Source of the DNA: an uncultured delta proteobacterium
GTDB taxonomy: Bacteria > Desulfobacterota > Binatia > HRBIN30 > BPIQ01
Direction: 5' to 3'
Assembly (NCBI GenBank): GCA_963761335.1
Contig: CAVXGR010000016.1
Location: forward strand, 64,001-128,000
Length of the DNA stretch: 64,000 bases
Position 1 is the stretch's first letter, and every line of letters begins with the position of its first letter. Positions 49,088 to 59,605 of this stretch are shown in pieces. Below the pieces are notes generated by a model. The model was not told the DNA's origin and did not search any database. It was given only the letters and a program-made list of their open reading frames with translations. Both the position numbers and the translations under genes were made by a program.

Positions 49088-51160
49088 GTGTGGGGGCGAG
49101 ACACGAAAGCGATCTCCTACTCATACCCGGGGCGCCAGCGGCGCCGCCGGGTTTCTTTTGGCTTCTCCGCGGAAGTGGCCGCGGTGGGGCTCGCCATCTC
49201 TGCGGCCCTCGTCGTCGGCGCGGCGGCGGAGGAGCCCCTGGCGACGGTGGTGGTCACGGCGCCGCCGATCTCGGAAGCGGAGCGGCGTGCGCCGACGAGC
49301 TTCGTCAGCATCATCGACACCGAGCCCCACGCCGAGCAGGTGGAGACGGCCGCCGATGCCCTCGGCGAGGTCGCCGGCGTGCAGGTCCGCCGTTTCGGCG
49401 GTCTGGGCGCCTTCAGCACCGTGTCGATCCGCGGCTCCGAGCCGAATCAGGTGCAGGTCTATCTCGACGGCATCCCGCTGTCGCGCGCCCGCGATGAGGT
49501 GGTCGACCTCTCCGATCTGCCTCTCGACAGCCTGCAGCGGATGGAGGTGTATCGCGGCACCACGCCGGTCTCCTTCGGCGCCGGTGCCATCGGCGGCGTC
49601 GTCAACTTGGTCACCAAGCCGCCTTCCGCGACCCCCTCCACTCAGGTGACCGCCTCCTACGGCTCGTTCAACACACGCAAGCTGGTCGCGGCGCGTTCGC
49701 AGCGGCTCGGTCCCGTCGATTTTCTCGGCTATCTCACCTATCTCGGCAGCCAGGGCGACTTCAGCTTCGCCGACGACAACGGCACGCCGCTCAACCCCGC
49801 GGACGACGGGCGGGCGACCCGTCGGAACAACGACTTCAACTCGCTCGAAGCACTTCTCGAGGCCGCCTATCGACCGAGCGATCATCTCCGCCTCGATCTC
49901 ACCAGCGAGACCTTCTTCAAGGATCAGGGGGTGCCGTCCATTGGCAGCAACCAGGCGATCGACTCGTCGCTGCAGAAGCTGCGCTCGCTCACCTATCTGC
50001 GCGGCACCTCGGAGGGGCTTCTCGACGGCCATCTCGATTTGAGCGCCACTGCCTTCGGCATCTATGACCGCCAGCACTTTCAGGACCCGCACGGGGAGCT
50101 CTTCGGCGTCAACGAGGACTCTCTGAACCAGACGGCGCTCATCGGCGGCAACACCGGCGGCACCTGGTACCTGGCGGAGTCGAATGCCGCCAGCTGGTTC
50201 GCCGAGCTGTCGCACGAGCAGTTCTCGCCGCGCAACGAGCTCACGACTCCGGCCGCTCTTCCCGATCAGAATCGACTGCGGCTCACCACGGCGCTCCAGG
50301 ACCAGGCGGGCTTCTTCTCCGAGCGGCTGCTGCTGGTTCCCACGGTCCGCTTCGAGCACATCGACGATACGGTCAGTGCCTCCTTCACTCCCGCCGGTCT
50401 TCCCGAGGGCGGCTCCGTGAGCCGTGGGCGCGATCTCTGGAGCCCGAGCCTGGGCGCCCAGCTGCGCCTCGGGTGGGGCCTGGCGCTCAAGGGGAACATC
50501 GGCCGTTTCGAGCGCGCCCCGAACTTCTCCGAGCTCTTCGGCAACCGCGGCTTCGTGCGAGGCAATCCGGCGCTGGTCCCGGAGAAGGGGATCAATCGCG
50601 ACGTCGGCGTCACCGGCTCCTGGGAAGGCGTTGCCGGGCTCGACGAGGTGCGCTTCGAGTACGCGTACTTCGACAACGACACCGACCAGCTGATCGTTCT
50701 GGTGCAGACCTCGCAGGAGTTCTTCCGCCCGCTCAACATCGGCGCGGCGCGGGTGCGCGGCCACGAGCTGTCGCTGCACGGCAGCTGGCGCAAGCGCGTC
50801 TCGATCGACGCCAACTACACCTACCAGGACGCCGAGAATCGGGGTCTCCGTCCCGAGCATCGCGGCCGCCAGCTGCCAGGGCGGCCGCGCCACGAGCTCT
50901 ACGTGCGTCCCGAAATCCACGGCGGCTGGGGCCGTGTCTACTACGAGCTCAGTGTCGTCAGCGGCAACTTCCTCGACCTCGCCAACTTCGACGAGGTCCC
51001 CAGCCGCGACATCCACACGCTCGGCTTCGCCTGGAACGCCACGGCGCAGCTGACGCTCGGCCTCGAGGCCCGCAACATCACGGACAATCAAATCAGCGAT
51101 TTGACCGGCTTCCCGCTGCCGGGCCGATCGTTCTTCGGCACCGCCACGGTGCGCTTCTGA
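49088..51160 (+). CDS. btuB: TonB-dependent receptor, probable cobalamin receptor (true start probably further downstream)
   Basis: VVVTA TonB box; plug motifs SIRGS..QV.VYLDGIP and GAIGGVVNLVT; C-terminal PGRSFFGTATVRF; follows the B12 riboswitch. Confidence 0.85.
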   Translation: MWGRDTKAISYSYPGRQRRRRVSFGFSAEVAAVGLAISAALVVGAAAEEPLATVVVTAPPISEAERRAPTSFVSIIDTEPHAEQVETAADALGEVAGVQVRRFGGLGAFSTVSIRGSEPNQVQVYLDGIPLSRARDEVVDLSDLPLDSLQRMEVYRGTTPVSFGAGAIGGVVNLVTKPPSATPSTQVTASYGSFNTRKLVAARSQRLGPVDFLGYLTYLGSQGDFSFADDNGTPLNPADDGRATRRNNDFNSLEALLEAAYRPSDHLRLDLTSETFFKDQGVPSIGSNQAIDSSLQKLRSLTYLRGTSEGLLDGHLDLSATAFGIYDRQHFQDPHGELFGVNEDSLNQTALIGGNTGGTWYLAESNAASWFAELSHEQFSPRNELTTPAALPDQNRLRLTTALQDQAGFFSERLLLVPTVRFEHIDDTVSASFTPAGLPEGGSVSRGRDLWSPSLGAQLRLGWGLALKGNIGRFERAPNFSELFGNRGFVRGNPALVPEKGINRDVGVTGSWEGVAGLDEVRFEYAYFDNDTDQLIVLVQTSQEFFRPLNIGAARVRGHELSLHGSWRKRVSIDANYTYQDAENRGLRPEHRGRQLPGRPRHELYVRPEIHGGWGRVYYELSVVSGNFLDLANFDEVPSRDIHTLGFAWNATAQLTLGLEARNITDNQISDLTGFPLPGRSFFGTATVRF

Positions 51161-51180
51161 CGCGGATGAGGAGGGAACAC

Positions 51181-52359
51181 ATGACACATCGGCTCCAAAT
51201 GATCATCGGCCTCGCCACGGCGGCCCTGATGAGCGGATGCGGCGGCTCGAGTGCGCCGCCGGGAGCGCTCGCTCCCACATCGACGCCGAGCGCGGCGCCC
51301 ACCGCGAGCGCCGTCGTTGCGACGCCGACGGCGACTCCCGAGTCCGGCGATCGGCAGGTGTTCGCCATCGCCACCGACTTCGACACCGGCTCGTTCGCCA
51401 CGGTGGCGCTCGACGACCGCGGGGTGAGCCCGGTCTCTGCGCAGCGACGGGTGCACAGCGATGCGGTGCCGCGCGTCTTTGGCGGCCTCGTCTACGTCGT
51501 CAACCGCTTCGGCGCCGACAACATCCAGGTCCTCGATCCGGGTCGAGACTTCGAGACGCGCTTCCAATGCTCCACCGGCAACGGCTCGAACCCGCACGAC
51601 ATCGCCTTCGTCGATGCGCAGAAGGCGTACGTCAGCCTCTACCAGGAGACCGATCTGCTGATCGTGAATCCGTCGGCGGCGAGCGACTGCAGCGATTTCG
51701 TCCTCGGCCGCGTCGATCTGTCGGCCTTCGCCGACAAAGACGGCATACCCGAGATGGACCAGATGGCCATCGTCGGCGGCAAGCTCTACGTAGCCCTGCA
51801 GCACCTCGACCGCAACAACTTCTTCCAGCCCGCCGAGGCCGGCGAGATCGCCATCGTCGACGTCGCCACCGATGCCGTCGAGGGGAGCATCACCCTTTCG
51901 GGGACGAACCCGGTGGAGTCGACCAAGGGGCTGCCGGTCTCCGGAGACAGCCTGGTTCTCGGAGAGACCGGCAGCTTCGGAGTGAACGACGGCGGCATCG
52001 AGCGCGTCGATCTGGGCAGCGGCCAGGCGCAGGGATTCTTCATCACCGACGCCGATCTCGGCGGCGACATCACCGACTTCGCCCTCGTCTCCGATCGCCT
52101 CGGCTACGCGGTCGTGTCGCTGCCGGATTTCACCAGCGCCCTGGTCTCGTTTGACCCGCTGGACCGCACGAGTAGGGTGATTGCCGGGAGTGATTTCTTG
52201 TCGGACATCGAGCTCGACGATCGCGGCGAGATCTACGCGGCGGACCGGACGCTCACGGCGCCGGGGCTGCGGGTGTTTCGCACCGAGGACGGCGCCGAGT
52301 TGACGCCGGCGCCGCTGCCGCTCGGCCTGCCGCCGTTCGAGCTCGTCTTCCTGAAATGA
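51181..52359 (+). CDS. Lipoprotein with probable beta-propeller (YncE/BtuG-like)
   Basis: Lipobox LMSGC, P/T/A linker, repeated beta-blade-like segments (VYVVNR, NPHDIAFV..KAYVS, KLYVALQ). Confidence 0.7.
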   Translation: MTHRLQMIIGLATAALMSGCGGSSAPPGALAPTSTPSAAPTASAVVATPTATPESGDRQVFAIATDFDTGSFATVALDDRGVSPVSAQRRVHSDAVPRVFGGLVYVVNRFGADNIQVLDPGRDFETRFQCSTGNGSNPHDIAFVDAQKAYVSLYQETDLLIVNPSAASDCSDFVLGRVDLSAFADKDGIPEMDQMAIVGGKLYVALQHLDRNNFFQPAEAGEIAIVDVATDAVEGSITLSGTNPVESTKGLPVSGDSLVLGETGSFGVNDGGIERVDLGSGQAQGFFITDADLGGDITDFALVSDRLGYAVVSLPDFTSALVSFDPLDRTSRVIAGSDFLSDIELDDRGEIYAADRTLTAPGLRVFRTEDGAELTPAPLPLGLPPFELVFLK

Positions 52360-53228
52360 AGCGCTGCGGTACTCTCTGCGCGGTCGCACTGCTGGCCGGG
52401 CTGCTGTCGCCGGCGGGCGCTGCGGCGATGCGCCTGATCTCACTGGCGCCGTCGGTCACCGAGACGCTCTTTGCCATCGGTGCCGGCGACCAGGTGGTCG
52501 GCATCTCCACGTACTGCGACTACCCGCCGGAGGCGATCGGGATCGACCGGGTCGGCTCGTTTCTCACCCCCGACCTGGAGGCGATCGTCGCCAAGCGTCC
52601 CGACCTGGTGATCGGCGTGCCCAGCCCGACGAACCGCGACCCGGTGCAGGCGCTGGAGCGCCTCGGGCTGAAGGTTCTCATCGTCGATCCGCAGACGGTG
52701 GAACAGATCGAGAGCGCCATCGGGCGTATCGCCGCCGCAGTCGGTCGTCCGGAGGCGGGGCGGGCGTTGGTGCGCTCGATCCGGGCGGACATTGCCGACA
52801 CCGAGGCGCGCCTGCGCGGCGCGGCGCCGCGCCGGGTGTTGATGGTGGTGGGGCAGACGCCGCTGGTGGCGGTTGGCAGCGGCGTCTTTCAGGATGAGCT
52901 CATCCACATGGCGCACGGCATCAATGTCGCCGCGGAAGCCCACTCCGAGTGGCCGCACCTGAGCCTCGAGTTCGTTCTGGCGCGGGCGCCGCAAGTGATC
53001 ATCGACACCACCATGGGGACCGAGGAGCAGCCCGCGGTGGAGGCAGCGAACGGCTTCTGGAGCCGCTTTCCGACGCTGCCGGCGGTGCGCGAGCAGCATA
53101 TCTACGGCTATCGCGAGTACGCGCTTCTGCGTCCCGGCCCGCGCATCGGCAGCGCCTTCCGCAGCATCGCCCGCTTCATTCACCCCGAGCGCTTCGCGGC
53201 GGCAGCGGCGCGCCAGGACGACCGGTGA
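52356..53228 (+). CDS. btuF: Cobalamin-binding periplasmic protein
   Basis: RLISLAPSVTETLFAIG, YCDYP, EAIVAKRPDLV, RPGPR. Confidence 0.85.
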   Translation: MKRCGTLCAVALLAGLLSPAGAAAMRLISLAPSVTETLFAIGAGDQVVGISTYCDYPPEAIGIDRVGSFLTPDLEAIVAKRPDLVIGVPSPTNRDPVQALERLGLKVLIVDPQTVEQIESAIGRIAAAVGRPEAGRALVRSIRADIADTEARLRGAAPRRVLMVVGQTPLVAVGSGVFQDELIHMAHGINVAAEAHSEWPHLSLEFVLARAPQVIIDTTMGTEEQPAVEAANGFWSRFPTLPAVREQHIYGYREYALLRPGPRIGSAFRSIARFIHPERFAAAAARQDDR

Positions 53229-54283
53229 CCTACCCCTCGGCCGAGAGCGCCGCGGCGCCGGTGCAGTCGGGGGTGCTGCGCCACCTCACGCGCGCCCGCT
53301 TCGGTGCCGTGCTCGCGGTGCTGGGGCTGGCCGCCCTGGCCACGGTGGTGCTGGCGGCGCTGATCGGCCCGGTGTCGATCTCGCTGCCGCGTGCCCTCTT
53401 TGGCCCGGTTGCGGACAACGTCGATCGCGTCATTCTGTTGCAGACGCGACTGCCGCGCATTCTCCTCGGACTGGTGATCGGCGGTGGGCTGGCCGCTTCC
53501 GGCGCGGCGCTCCAGGCGATGATGCGCAACCCGCTCGCCGAGCCCCACATCCTCGGCGTCTCCGGCGGCGCCGCCCTCGGCGGCGTGCTGACCGTGATTC
53601 TCGCTGGCCGCAGCCCGGCGACCGAGCTCTCGATGCTGCCTCTCGGCTCGTTTGCAGGAGCCCTGCTGGCGACGGCGCTGGTGTACCGCCTGGGGATGGT
53701 GCGTGGTCGGCTCCATCCCTACACGCTGCTGCTCGCCGGGGTGGTGTGCAACGCCGTGGCCGGGGCACTGATTCTCTTCATCAACTCGATCGCCAATGCC
53801 TACCAGGCGCAGGGGATCATCTTCTGGCTCATCGGCAGCCTACAGACGCAGAGCTACGCCTTGGTGGGCGTCATCAGCGTCTATGTCCTCACCGGCCTGG
53901 CGCTGCTCTGGGGGCAGGCACGGCAGCTCAACCTGCTCAGCCTCGGCGACGAGGACGCCTGGCACCTCGGCGTCGACGTCGAGCGCACGCGGCGCATCGC
54001 CTTCGGCGCCTCGGCGCTGCTGGTGGGCGCCGTGGTCTCCGTCAGCGGCATGATCGGCTTCGTCGGACTCATCATCCCTCACGTGGCGCGCCTACTACTC
54101 GGCGCCGACAACCGCCTCCTGGTGCCCGCATCCTTTCTCGCCGGCGCCATCTTTCTCGTCTGGGCCGACACCGCGGCGCGCACGGTTCTCTCGGTCACCG
54201 AGCTGCCGGTGGGGGTGATCACGGCGATGTGTGGTGGTCCGTTCTTCGTCTATCTGCTGCGCCGCCAGGGGAGGGGGCACTGA
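53225..54283 (+). CDS. btuC: FecCD/BtuC-family ABC permease
   Basis: RLPR, RNPLAEPHILGVSGGA, GMIGFVGLIIPH, ELPVGVITA..GGPFF. Confidence 0.88.
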   Translation: MTYPSAESAAAPVQSGVLRHLTRARFGAVLAVLGLAALATVVLAALIGPVSISLPRALFGPVADNVDRVILLQTRLPRILLGLVIGGGLAASGAALQAMMRNPLAEPHILGVSGGAALGGVLTVILAGRSPATELSMLPLGSFAGALLATALVYRLGMVRGRLHPYTLLLAGVVCNAVAGALILFINSIANAYQAQGIIFWLIGSLQTQSYALVGVISVYVLTGLALLWGQARQLNLLSLGDEDAWHLGVDVERTRRIAFGASALLVGAVVSVSGMIGFVGLIIPHVARLLLGADNRLLVPASFLAGAIFLVWADTAARTVLSVTELPVGVITAMCGGPFFVYLLRRQGRGH

Positions 54284-55071
54284 GCACCGCGCCCGCTATC
54301 GAGATGCGCGGCGTCGACTTCGCCTACGGCGGCCGCAAGGCGGTCGACAGCGTCGAGGTCGCGGTGTCGGCCGGCGAGATGCTCGGCCTGATCGGACCGA
54401 ACGGCTCGGGCAAATCGACGCTCCTGCGCCTCATGGGCGGCTTCCTGCGGCCGCAGCGCGGCCAGGTGCTCATCGAAGGCCGCGACCTGAGCGCCGTGCG
54501 CGGCGGCGAGCTGGCCCGCCGCGTCGCCGCCGTGGCCCAGGAGCCGGTGATCGATTTTCCGTTCACCGTCGCCGAGGTGGTGCTGATGGGTCGCGCTCCC
54601 CATCTCGGCGGTGCCCTTTTCGAGAGCGATGCCGATCTGGCGGCGGCGCGCGCGGCGATGCGGCGGACGGGAGTTCTGCCGCTGGCGGACCGGCCGATTC
54701 ACGAGCTCAGCGGCGGTGAGCGGCAGCGGGTCATCCTCGCCCGCGCCCTGGCGCAGGACTGTCCGCTGCTGCTGCTGGACGAGCCGACCACCTTTCTGGA
54801 CATCCGCCATCAGGCCGACATGTACGACCTCCTCGGCGGATTGCGCCGCGAGGGGCGCACCGTGGTCGCCGCCTTGCACGACCTCAACCTGGCGTCGATC
54901 TACTTCCCGCGTCTGGCGCTGATGAGCGCCGGCCGCTTGCTGGCCGTGGGTCCCCCCGAGGAGGTGCTCACCGCGGCACACCTGGTGGTTGCCTACGGCA
55001 CCGAGGTGCAGATCGAGCGCAATCGCCTGACCGGCGCCATCAATGTCTGGCCGGTGAGCCGCTCGCAATAG
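54280..55071 (+). CDS. btuD: BtuD/FecE-family ABC ATPase (start CTG 54280 or ATG 54304)
   Basis: GPNGSGKST, LSGGERQRV, LLDEPT..LD..HQ, LHDLNLA. Confidence 0.88.
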   Translation: MSTAPAIEMRGVDFAYGGRKAVDSVEVAVSAGEMLGLIGPNGSGKSTLLRLMGGFLRPQRGQVLIEGRDLSAVRGGELARRVAAVAQEPVIDFPFTVAEVVLMGRAPHLGGALFESDADLAAARAAMRRTGVLPLADRPIHELSGGERQRVILARALAQDCPLLLLDEPTTFLDIRHQADMYDLLGGLRREGRTVVAALHDLNLASIYFPRLALMSAGRLLAVGPPEEVLTAAHLVVAYGTEVQIERNRLTGAINVWPVSRSQ

Positions 55072-55164
55072 TCCGCTGCGGCGTTGCCGGCGCCAACCCT
55101 TGGTTGACTTCTGCTCGCGCTTCGTGTTAGCCGGATCAGTTGAGGGAAAGGCCCCGAAAAACCA

Positions 55165-55590
55165 ATGTATTTTCAATTCGCGAACGTACTCGTGTTCTTC
55201 TTTCTGTCGTTCGCCTTCGTGGGCGCTCTCCTGGGACTGGCATCGCTGCTGCGGCCGAACAATCCCACGCCGCTGAAGCTGATGCCGTACGAATGTGGCG
55301 AGCCCCCCACGGGGTCCGCCTGGGTGAACTTCAATATCCGCTTTTATCTGGTCGCGTTGATCTTCGTGATCTTCGAGGTCGAGATCGCCTTCATGGTTCC
55401 GGTGGCGACGGTCTTCAAGGAATGGGTCGTCGCCGGCAGAGGCGTGTACGCGCTGACCGAGATCGTCGTCTTCCTGGGCATTCTCTTCGTCGGTCTGGCG
55501 CACGTCTGGGCGAAGGGGGATCTCGATTGGCTCAAGAAGGTCGAGCCGCCCGCGGAGCCGGAAACAGAACGGCTGCGTCAGGCCGCGTGA
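55165..55590 (+). CDS. nuoA: NADH-quinone oxidoreductase subunit A
   Basis: [30 protein letters not shown]. Confidence 0.95.
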   Translation: MYFQFANVLVFFFLSFAFVGALLGLASLLRPNNPTPLKLMPYECGEPPTGSAWVNFNIRFYLVALIFVIFEVEIAFMVPVATVFKEWVVAGRGVYALTEIVVFLGILFVGLAHVWAKGDLDWLKKVEPPAEPETERLRQAA

Positions 55591-55615
55591 TTCAGGTGGG
55601 GCAGGGGGGTCGACG

Positions 55616-56122
55616 ATGTCGCTCGTGAACGCGTTTCCAGAGATGGTCGTGACCACCAAGGCCGACCAGCTTCTCAACTGGACGCGCAAGTCTTCCGTAT
55701 GGTGGATGCTCTTCGGATTGGCCTGCTGTGCCATCGAGATGATGCAGACGCAGGGCCCGCGCGCCGATGTCGACCGTTTCGGCGCGGTGCCGCGCGCCTC
55801 GCCGCGGCAGTCCGATCTGATGATCGTCGCCGGCACGCTCACGCTGAAGATGGCGCTGCGCACCAAGCTGCTCTACGAGCAGATGCCGGAGCCCCGCTAC
55901 GTCGTCTCCATGGGGAGCTGCGCCAACTGTGGCGGCCTCTTTCAGCTGGCCTACTCCGTGTGTGACGGGGTGGACAAGGTCATTCCCGTCGACGTTTACG
56001 TCCCCGGCTGCCCGCCCCGCCCGGAGGCGCTGACCGAGGGCATCCTCAAGATCCAGGAAAAGATGATGCAGGAGAAGTGGCTGGTCCGCCGGCGTTCGAC
56101 GGACCAGACGGCTGCGGCGTAA
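55616..56122 (+). CDS. nuoB: NADH-quinone oxidoreductase subunit B
   Basis: [30 protein letters not shown]. Confidence 0.96.
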   Translation: MSLVNAFPEMVVTTKADQLLNWTRKSSVWWMLFGLACCAIEMMQTQGPRADVDRFGAVPRASPRQSDLMIVAGTLTLKMALRTKLLYEQMPEPRYVVSMGSCANCGGLFQLAYSVCDGVDKVIPVDVYVPGCPPRPEALTEGILKIQEKMMQEKWLVRRRSTDQTAAA

Positions 56123-56134
56123 GGCACTTTTCCG

Positions 56135-56629
56135 ATGGATGCTGCGGCGATTCACCAGCGCCTCAAAGCGCAGTTTGGGGAGCGGATCCTCTCGTGCAAT
56201 CTGGAGGCGCTGGACCCGTGGATCGACGTCGAGGCGAGCGCCATCGCCGAGGTGGCTGCGGCTCTCCACGGCGACCCCGACCTGGCCTTCGATTCCCTCT
56301 CCAACCTGACCGGGGTGGACCGCAAGGCGGACGACCTGCTGGAGGTCGTCTATCATCTCTACTCGTACCCCCACCGGCACTCCATCGTTCTCAAGGTGAC
56401 CACGCCCCGCCAGGCGCCGAGCGTGCCGACGCTGGAGAACGTGTGGAAGGCGGCGAACTGGCTCGAGCGCGAGGCCTACGACCTGATGGGCGTCGTCTTC
56501 GACGGTCACAGCGATCTGCGGCGCCTGCTGATGCCGGAGGACTGGATCGGCCATCCGCAGCGCAAGGACTTCGTCGAGCCCGAGGAGTACCACGGCATCA
56601 GCACGCGCCGCGAGAGCCTGCTGCGCTAG
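56135..56629 (+). CDS. nuoC: NADH-quinone oxidoreductase subunit C
   Basis: ANWLEREAYDLMGV.F.GHSDLRRLLMPEDW.GHP.RKD. Confidence 0.95.
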   Translation: MDAAAIHQRLKAQFGERILSCNLEALDPWIDVEASAIAEVAAALHGDPDLAFDSLSNLTGVDRKADDLLEVVYHLYSYPHRHSIVLKVTTPRQAPSVPTLENVWKAANWLEREAYDLMGVVFDGHSDLRRLLMPEDWIGHPQRKDFVEPEEYHGISTRRESLLR

Positions 56630-56650
56630 CGAGGGAGTGGGGGACGCTGC

Positions 56651-57811
56651 ATGAGCATGGCCGGATTCGAGGTCGAGGTCGAGCAGGTCGGCAAGTCGGG
56701 GCTGGAGACCGAGGAGATGACCCTCAACATGGGTCCGCAGCACCCGAGCACGCACGGGGTGCTGCGCTTCATCGTCAAGGCCGACGGCGAGGTGATGCGC
56801 GAGGCGATTCCCGACGTCGGCTACCTGCATCGCTCGATCGAGAAGATCTCGGAGAAGGTCGGCTACCACGGCTTCATGCCGTATACCGACCGGGTCGACT
56901 ATGTCGCCGCCATGTTCTGCAACCAGGGATGGGGCATGGTGTGCGAGAAGCTGGCGGGCATCGAGGTGCCGAAGCGCGGCGAGTACTGCCGCGTCATCGC
57001 CGCCGAGCTCAACCGCATCGGCAGCCACCTGCTGTCCGCGGGAACCATGATCCTCGACATCGGGGCACAGACGCCGTTCATCTACGCCTTCCGCGAGCGC
57101 GAGAAGATCAACGACCTGCTGGAGGAGCTCTGCGGGGCGCGGCTGACCTACAATTACATGCGCATCGGCGGCGTCGCCTGGGATCTGCCGCCGCAGTTCG
57201 CCGAACGCGTCGTCGCCTTCGTCGACCTCTTCGAGCCGCTCCTCGACGAGTTCAACGATTTCATCAGCTTCAACAAGATCTACGTCGATCGCCTCGCCGA
57301 CGTCGCGCCGACGTCGGCCGAGGTGGCCATCAACTACAATCTGGTGGGGCCGAACCTGCGTGCCGCGGGCGTCAAGTACGACGTGCGCCGCGACCAGCCG
57401 TACTCCGTCTATCCGGAGCTCGACTTCGAGATTCCGGTGGGCAGCGGCGAGGTGGGCACCGTCGGCGACTGCTTCGACCGCTACATCGTCCGCATCCGCG
57501 AGATGAAGGAGAGCTGCAAAATCCTGCGGCAGTGCTTTGCGCAGATGCCGGACGGTCCGGTGATCGCCAAGGTGCCGCGCAAGTTCAAGCCCAAGGCGGG
57601 TGATGCCTACGTGCGCGTCGAGAGCGCCCGCGGCGACATGGGCTGGTACTGCATCAGCGACGGCACCGAGTTCCCGTATCGCACTCACGTGCGCACCGGC
57701 TCCTTCTCGGCGATGAGCATCATCGACCGGCTGTCGCGCGGGCTCATGCTGGCCGATCTGGTGGCGCTGATCTCGAGCCTCGACATCGTCGCCCCGGAAG
57801 TGGACCGCTAG
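56651..57811 (+). CDS. nuoD: NADH-quinone oxidoreductase subunit D
   Basis: [27 protein letters not shown]-terminal EVDR. Confidence 0.96.
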   Translation: MSMAGFEVEVEQVGKSGLETEEMTLNMGPQHPSTHGVLRFIVKADGEVMREAIPDVGYLHRSIEKISEKVGYHGFMPYTDRVDYVAAMFCNQGWGMVCEKLAGIEVPKRGEYCRVIAAELNRIGSHLLSAGTMILDIGAQTPFIYAFREREKINDLLEELCGARLTYNYMRIGGVAWDLPPQFAERVVAFVDLFEPLLDEFNDFISFNKIYVDRLADVAPTSAEVAINYNLVGPNLRAAGVKYDVRRDQPYSVYPELDFEIPVGSGEVGTVGDCFDRYIVRIREMKESCKILRQCFAQMPDGPVIAKVPRKFKPKAGDAYVRVESARGDMGWYCISDGTEFPYRTHVRTGSFSAMSIIDRLSRGLMLADLVALISSLDIVAPEVDR

Positions 57812-57834
57812 TGCGCCGCGCCGCGAGCTGAGCC

Positions 57835-59034
57835 ATGCAGCATTTCCTCGACGGGCTGATCGCCCAGCACACCTTCGGCAACGCCCCCCGCGACGTCGTC
57901 TACGCCGTGGGCATGATCGTCTTCGGGCTGATCGTCATCCTCGGCTTCGTCCTCAACGTCGCCGGCGTGACCACCTTCATCGAGCGGCGCGTGTGGGCGC
58001 GCATGCAGGGGCGCGTCGGCCCCAACCGGGTCGGCCCGCAGGGCATCCTGCAGTGGCTGGTGGACGGCGTGAAGCTGCACATGAAGGAGGACATCGTCCC
58101 CACCGACTCGGATCCGCGCCTCTTCCGCCTGGCGCCCTACGTGGTCGTGCTCGGCTTTGTCTCCACCTTCGTGGTCATCCCCTTCTCCAGCAGTCTGGTG
58201 ATCGCCGACATGAACGTCGGCCTGCTCTATCTGCTGGCGGTGACCTCGTTCGTGGTCCTCGGCATTCTCATGGCCGGGTGGTCGTCGAACAACAAGTGGT
58301 CGCTCATCGGCGGCATCCGCTCGGCGGCGCAGATCGTCAGCTACGAGGTGCCTGCCGGCATGTCGCTGCTGACCGTGGTGCTGATCGCCGGCACCCTGCG
58401 CCTGCAGGGCATCATCGGGCAGCAGGGCTGGGGCCCGTGGGACTGGTTCCTCTTCAACAGCCCGTTTACCTTCGTGGCCTTCTTCATCTTCTTCATCGCC
58501 GCCCTCGCCGAGGGCAATCGCACGCCCTTCGACCTGCCGGAGGCGGAGTCGGAGCTGGTGGCCGGCTTCGTGACCGAGTACTCCGGGGTGCGCTACCTGA
58601 TGTTCTTCCTGGTCGAGTGGGGCAACCTCTACGTCATCGGCGCCGTGCTCGTCACTCTGTTCCTCGGCGGCTGGCAGGTGCCGCCGATCTTCGGGGACGG
58701 TGTCCTGCGAACCGTCGCCGAGTTCCTCACCTTCTTCCTCAAGTCCTACTTCTTCGTCTTCGTCGCCATGTGGATCCGCGCCACCCTGCCGCGCGTGCGC
58801 GTCGACCAGCTGATGGCGCTCTGCTGGAAGTATCTGGTGCCGATCTCCTTCCTGAATCTCCTCGGGGCGGCGTGCTGGGTCGTCCTGCTGCCGGAGGGGA
58901 GCCGCATCATGCAGCTGCTGATGACCGCCGTCGGCGGGGCGCTGGTGGTGATGTTCTTCTGGCGCGTCGGCTACCATCTGCGCCGCGCCCGCATCCGCGA
59001 GAACAAGCAGCTGTGGCTGAGCCCGCTGTCGTGA
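57835..59034 (+). CDS. nuoH: NADH-quinone oxidoreductase subunit H
   Basis: ERR..ARMQGRVGPNRVGP, RSAAQIVSYE, NRTPFDLPEAESELVAG. Confidence 0.96.
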   Translation: MQHFLDGLIAQHTFGNAPRDVVYAVGMIVFGLIVILGFVLNVAGVTTFIERRVWARMQGRVGPNRVGPQGILQWLVDGVKLHMKEDIVPTDSDPRLFRLAPYVVVLGFVSTFVVIPFSSSLVIADMNVGLLYLLAVTSFVVLGILMAGWSSNNKWSLIGGIRSAAQIVSYEVPAGMSLLTVVLIAGTLRLQGIIGQQGWGPWDWFLFNSPFTFVAFFIFFIAALAEGNRTPFDLPEAESELVAGFVTEYSGVRYLMFFLVEWGNLYVIGAVLVTLFLGGWQVPPIFGDGVLRTVAEFLTFFLKSYFFVFVAMWIRATLPRVRVDQLMALCWKYLVPISFLNLLGAACWVVLLPEGSRIMQLLMTAVGGALVVMFFWRVGYHLRRARIRENKQLWLSPLS

Positions 59035-59041
59035 GGGCCGC

Positions 59042-59596
59042 ATGAAGAAGAAGAGCGGTTACTTCCAGAACATCAAGGACACCTGCACGACCATCTTCGA
59101 GGGGATGGCGGTGACCTTCTCCTACCTGGTGCGCAAGCCGTCGACGATCCAGTATCCGGACCGCATGCCGGTGCGGGTGCAGGACACCTTGCCGTTCCGC
59201 TATCGCGGTATCCTCGAGGTCGACCTCGAGATCTGCACCGGTTGCCTCGCCTGTGAGCGCGCCTGTCCGATCGACTGCATCATCATCGAAGCGAAGAAGG
59301 ACATGCAGACGAAGGCGATGGTGTTGACGCGCTTCGATATCGACATGGCCAAGTGCATGTACTGCGGCCTGTGCAGCGAGCCGTGCCCGACGGGGTCCAT
59401 TCATCACACCCCCGAGTTCGAGGGCGCCGACTTCTCGCTCGAGAGCCTGGTGCGGCGCTTCGTCAAGGATCCGGTGATCGCCTACAAGCCCAAGAAGACC
59501 GAAGAGGACGATCCGGAGATCGTGCCGTTGCTCGAGCGCGGCATGCAGTACATCAACGACTTCGCCCAGCCGGCGGAGGAGAAGAAGAGCGCCTGA
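59042..59596 (+). CDS. nuoI: NADH-quinone oxidoreductase subunit I
   Basis: Two ferredoxin motifs: CTGCLACERACP and CMYCGLCSEPCP. Confidence 0.95.
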   Translation: MKKKSGYFQNIKDTCTTIFEGMAVTFSYLVRKPSTIQYPDRMPVRVQDTLPFRYRGILEVDLEICTGCLACERACPIDCIIIEAKKDMQTKAMVLTRFDIDMAKCMYCGLCSEPCPTGSIHHTPEFEGADFSLESLVRRFVKDPVIAYKPKKTEEDDPEIVPLLERGMQYINDFAQPAEEKKSA

Positions 59597-59605
59597 GGCG
59601 ATGCC

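Noticed and set aside
55616..57811. Group 4 [NiFe]-hydrogenase as the reason nuoEFG are missing
   Set aside because: NuoD has no Ni-binding CxxC motifs at either end and keeps the quinone-site residues; NuoB has the complex I tandem Cys-Cys.
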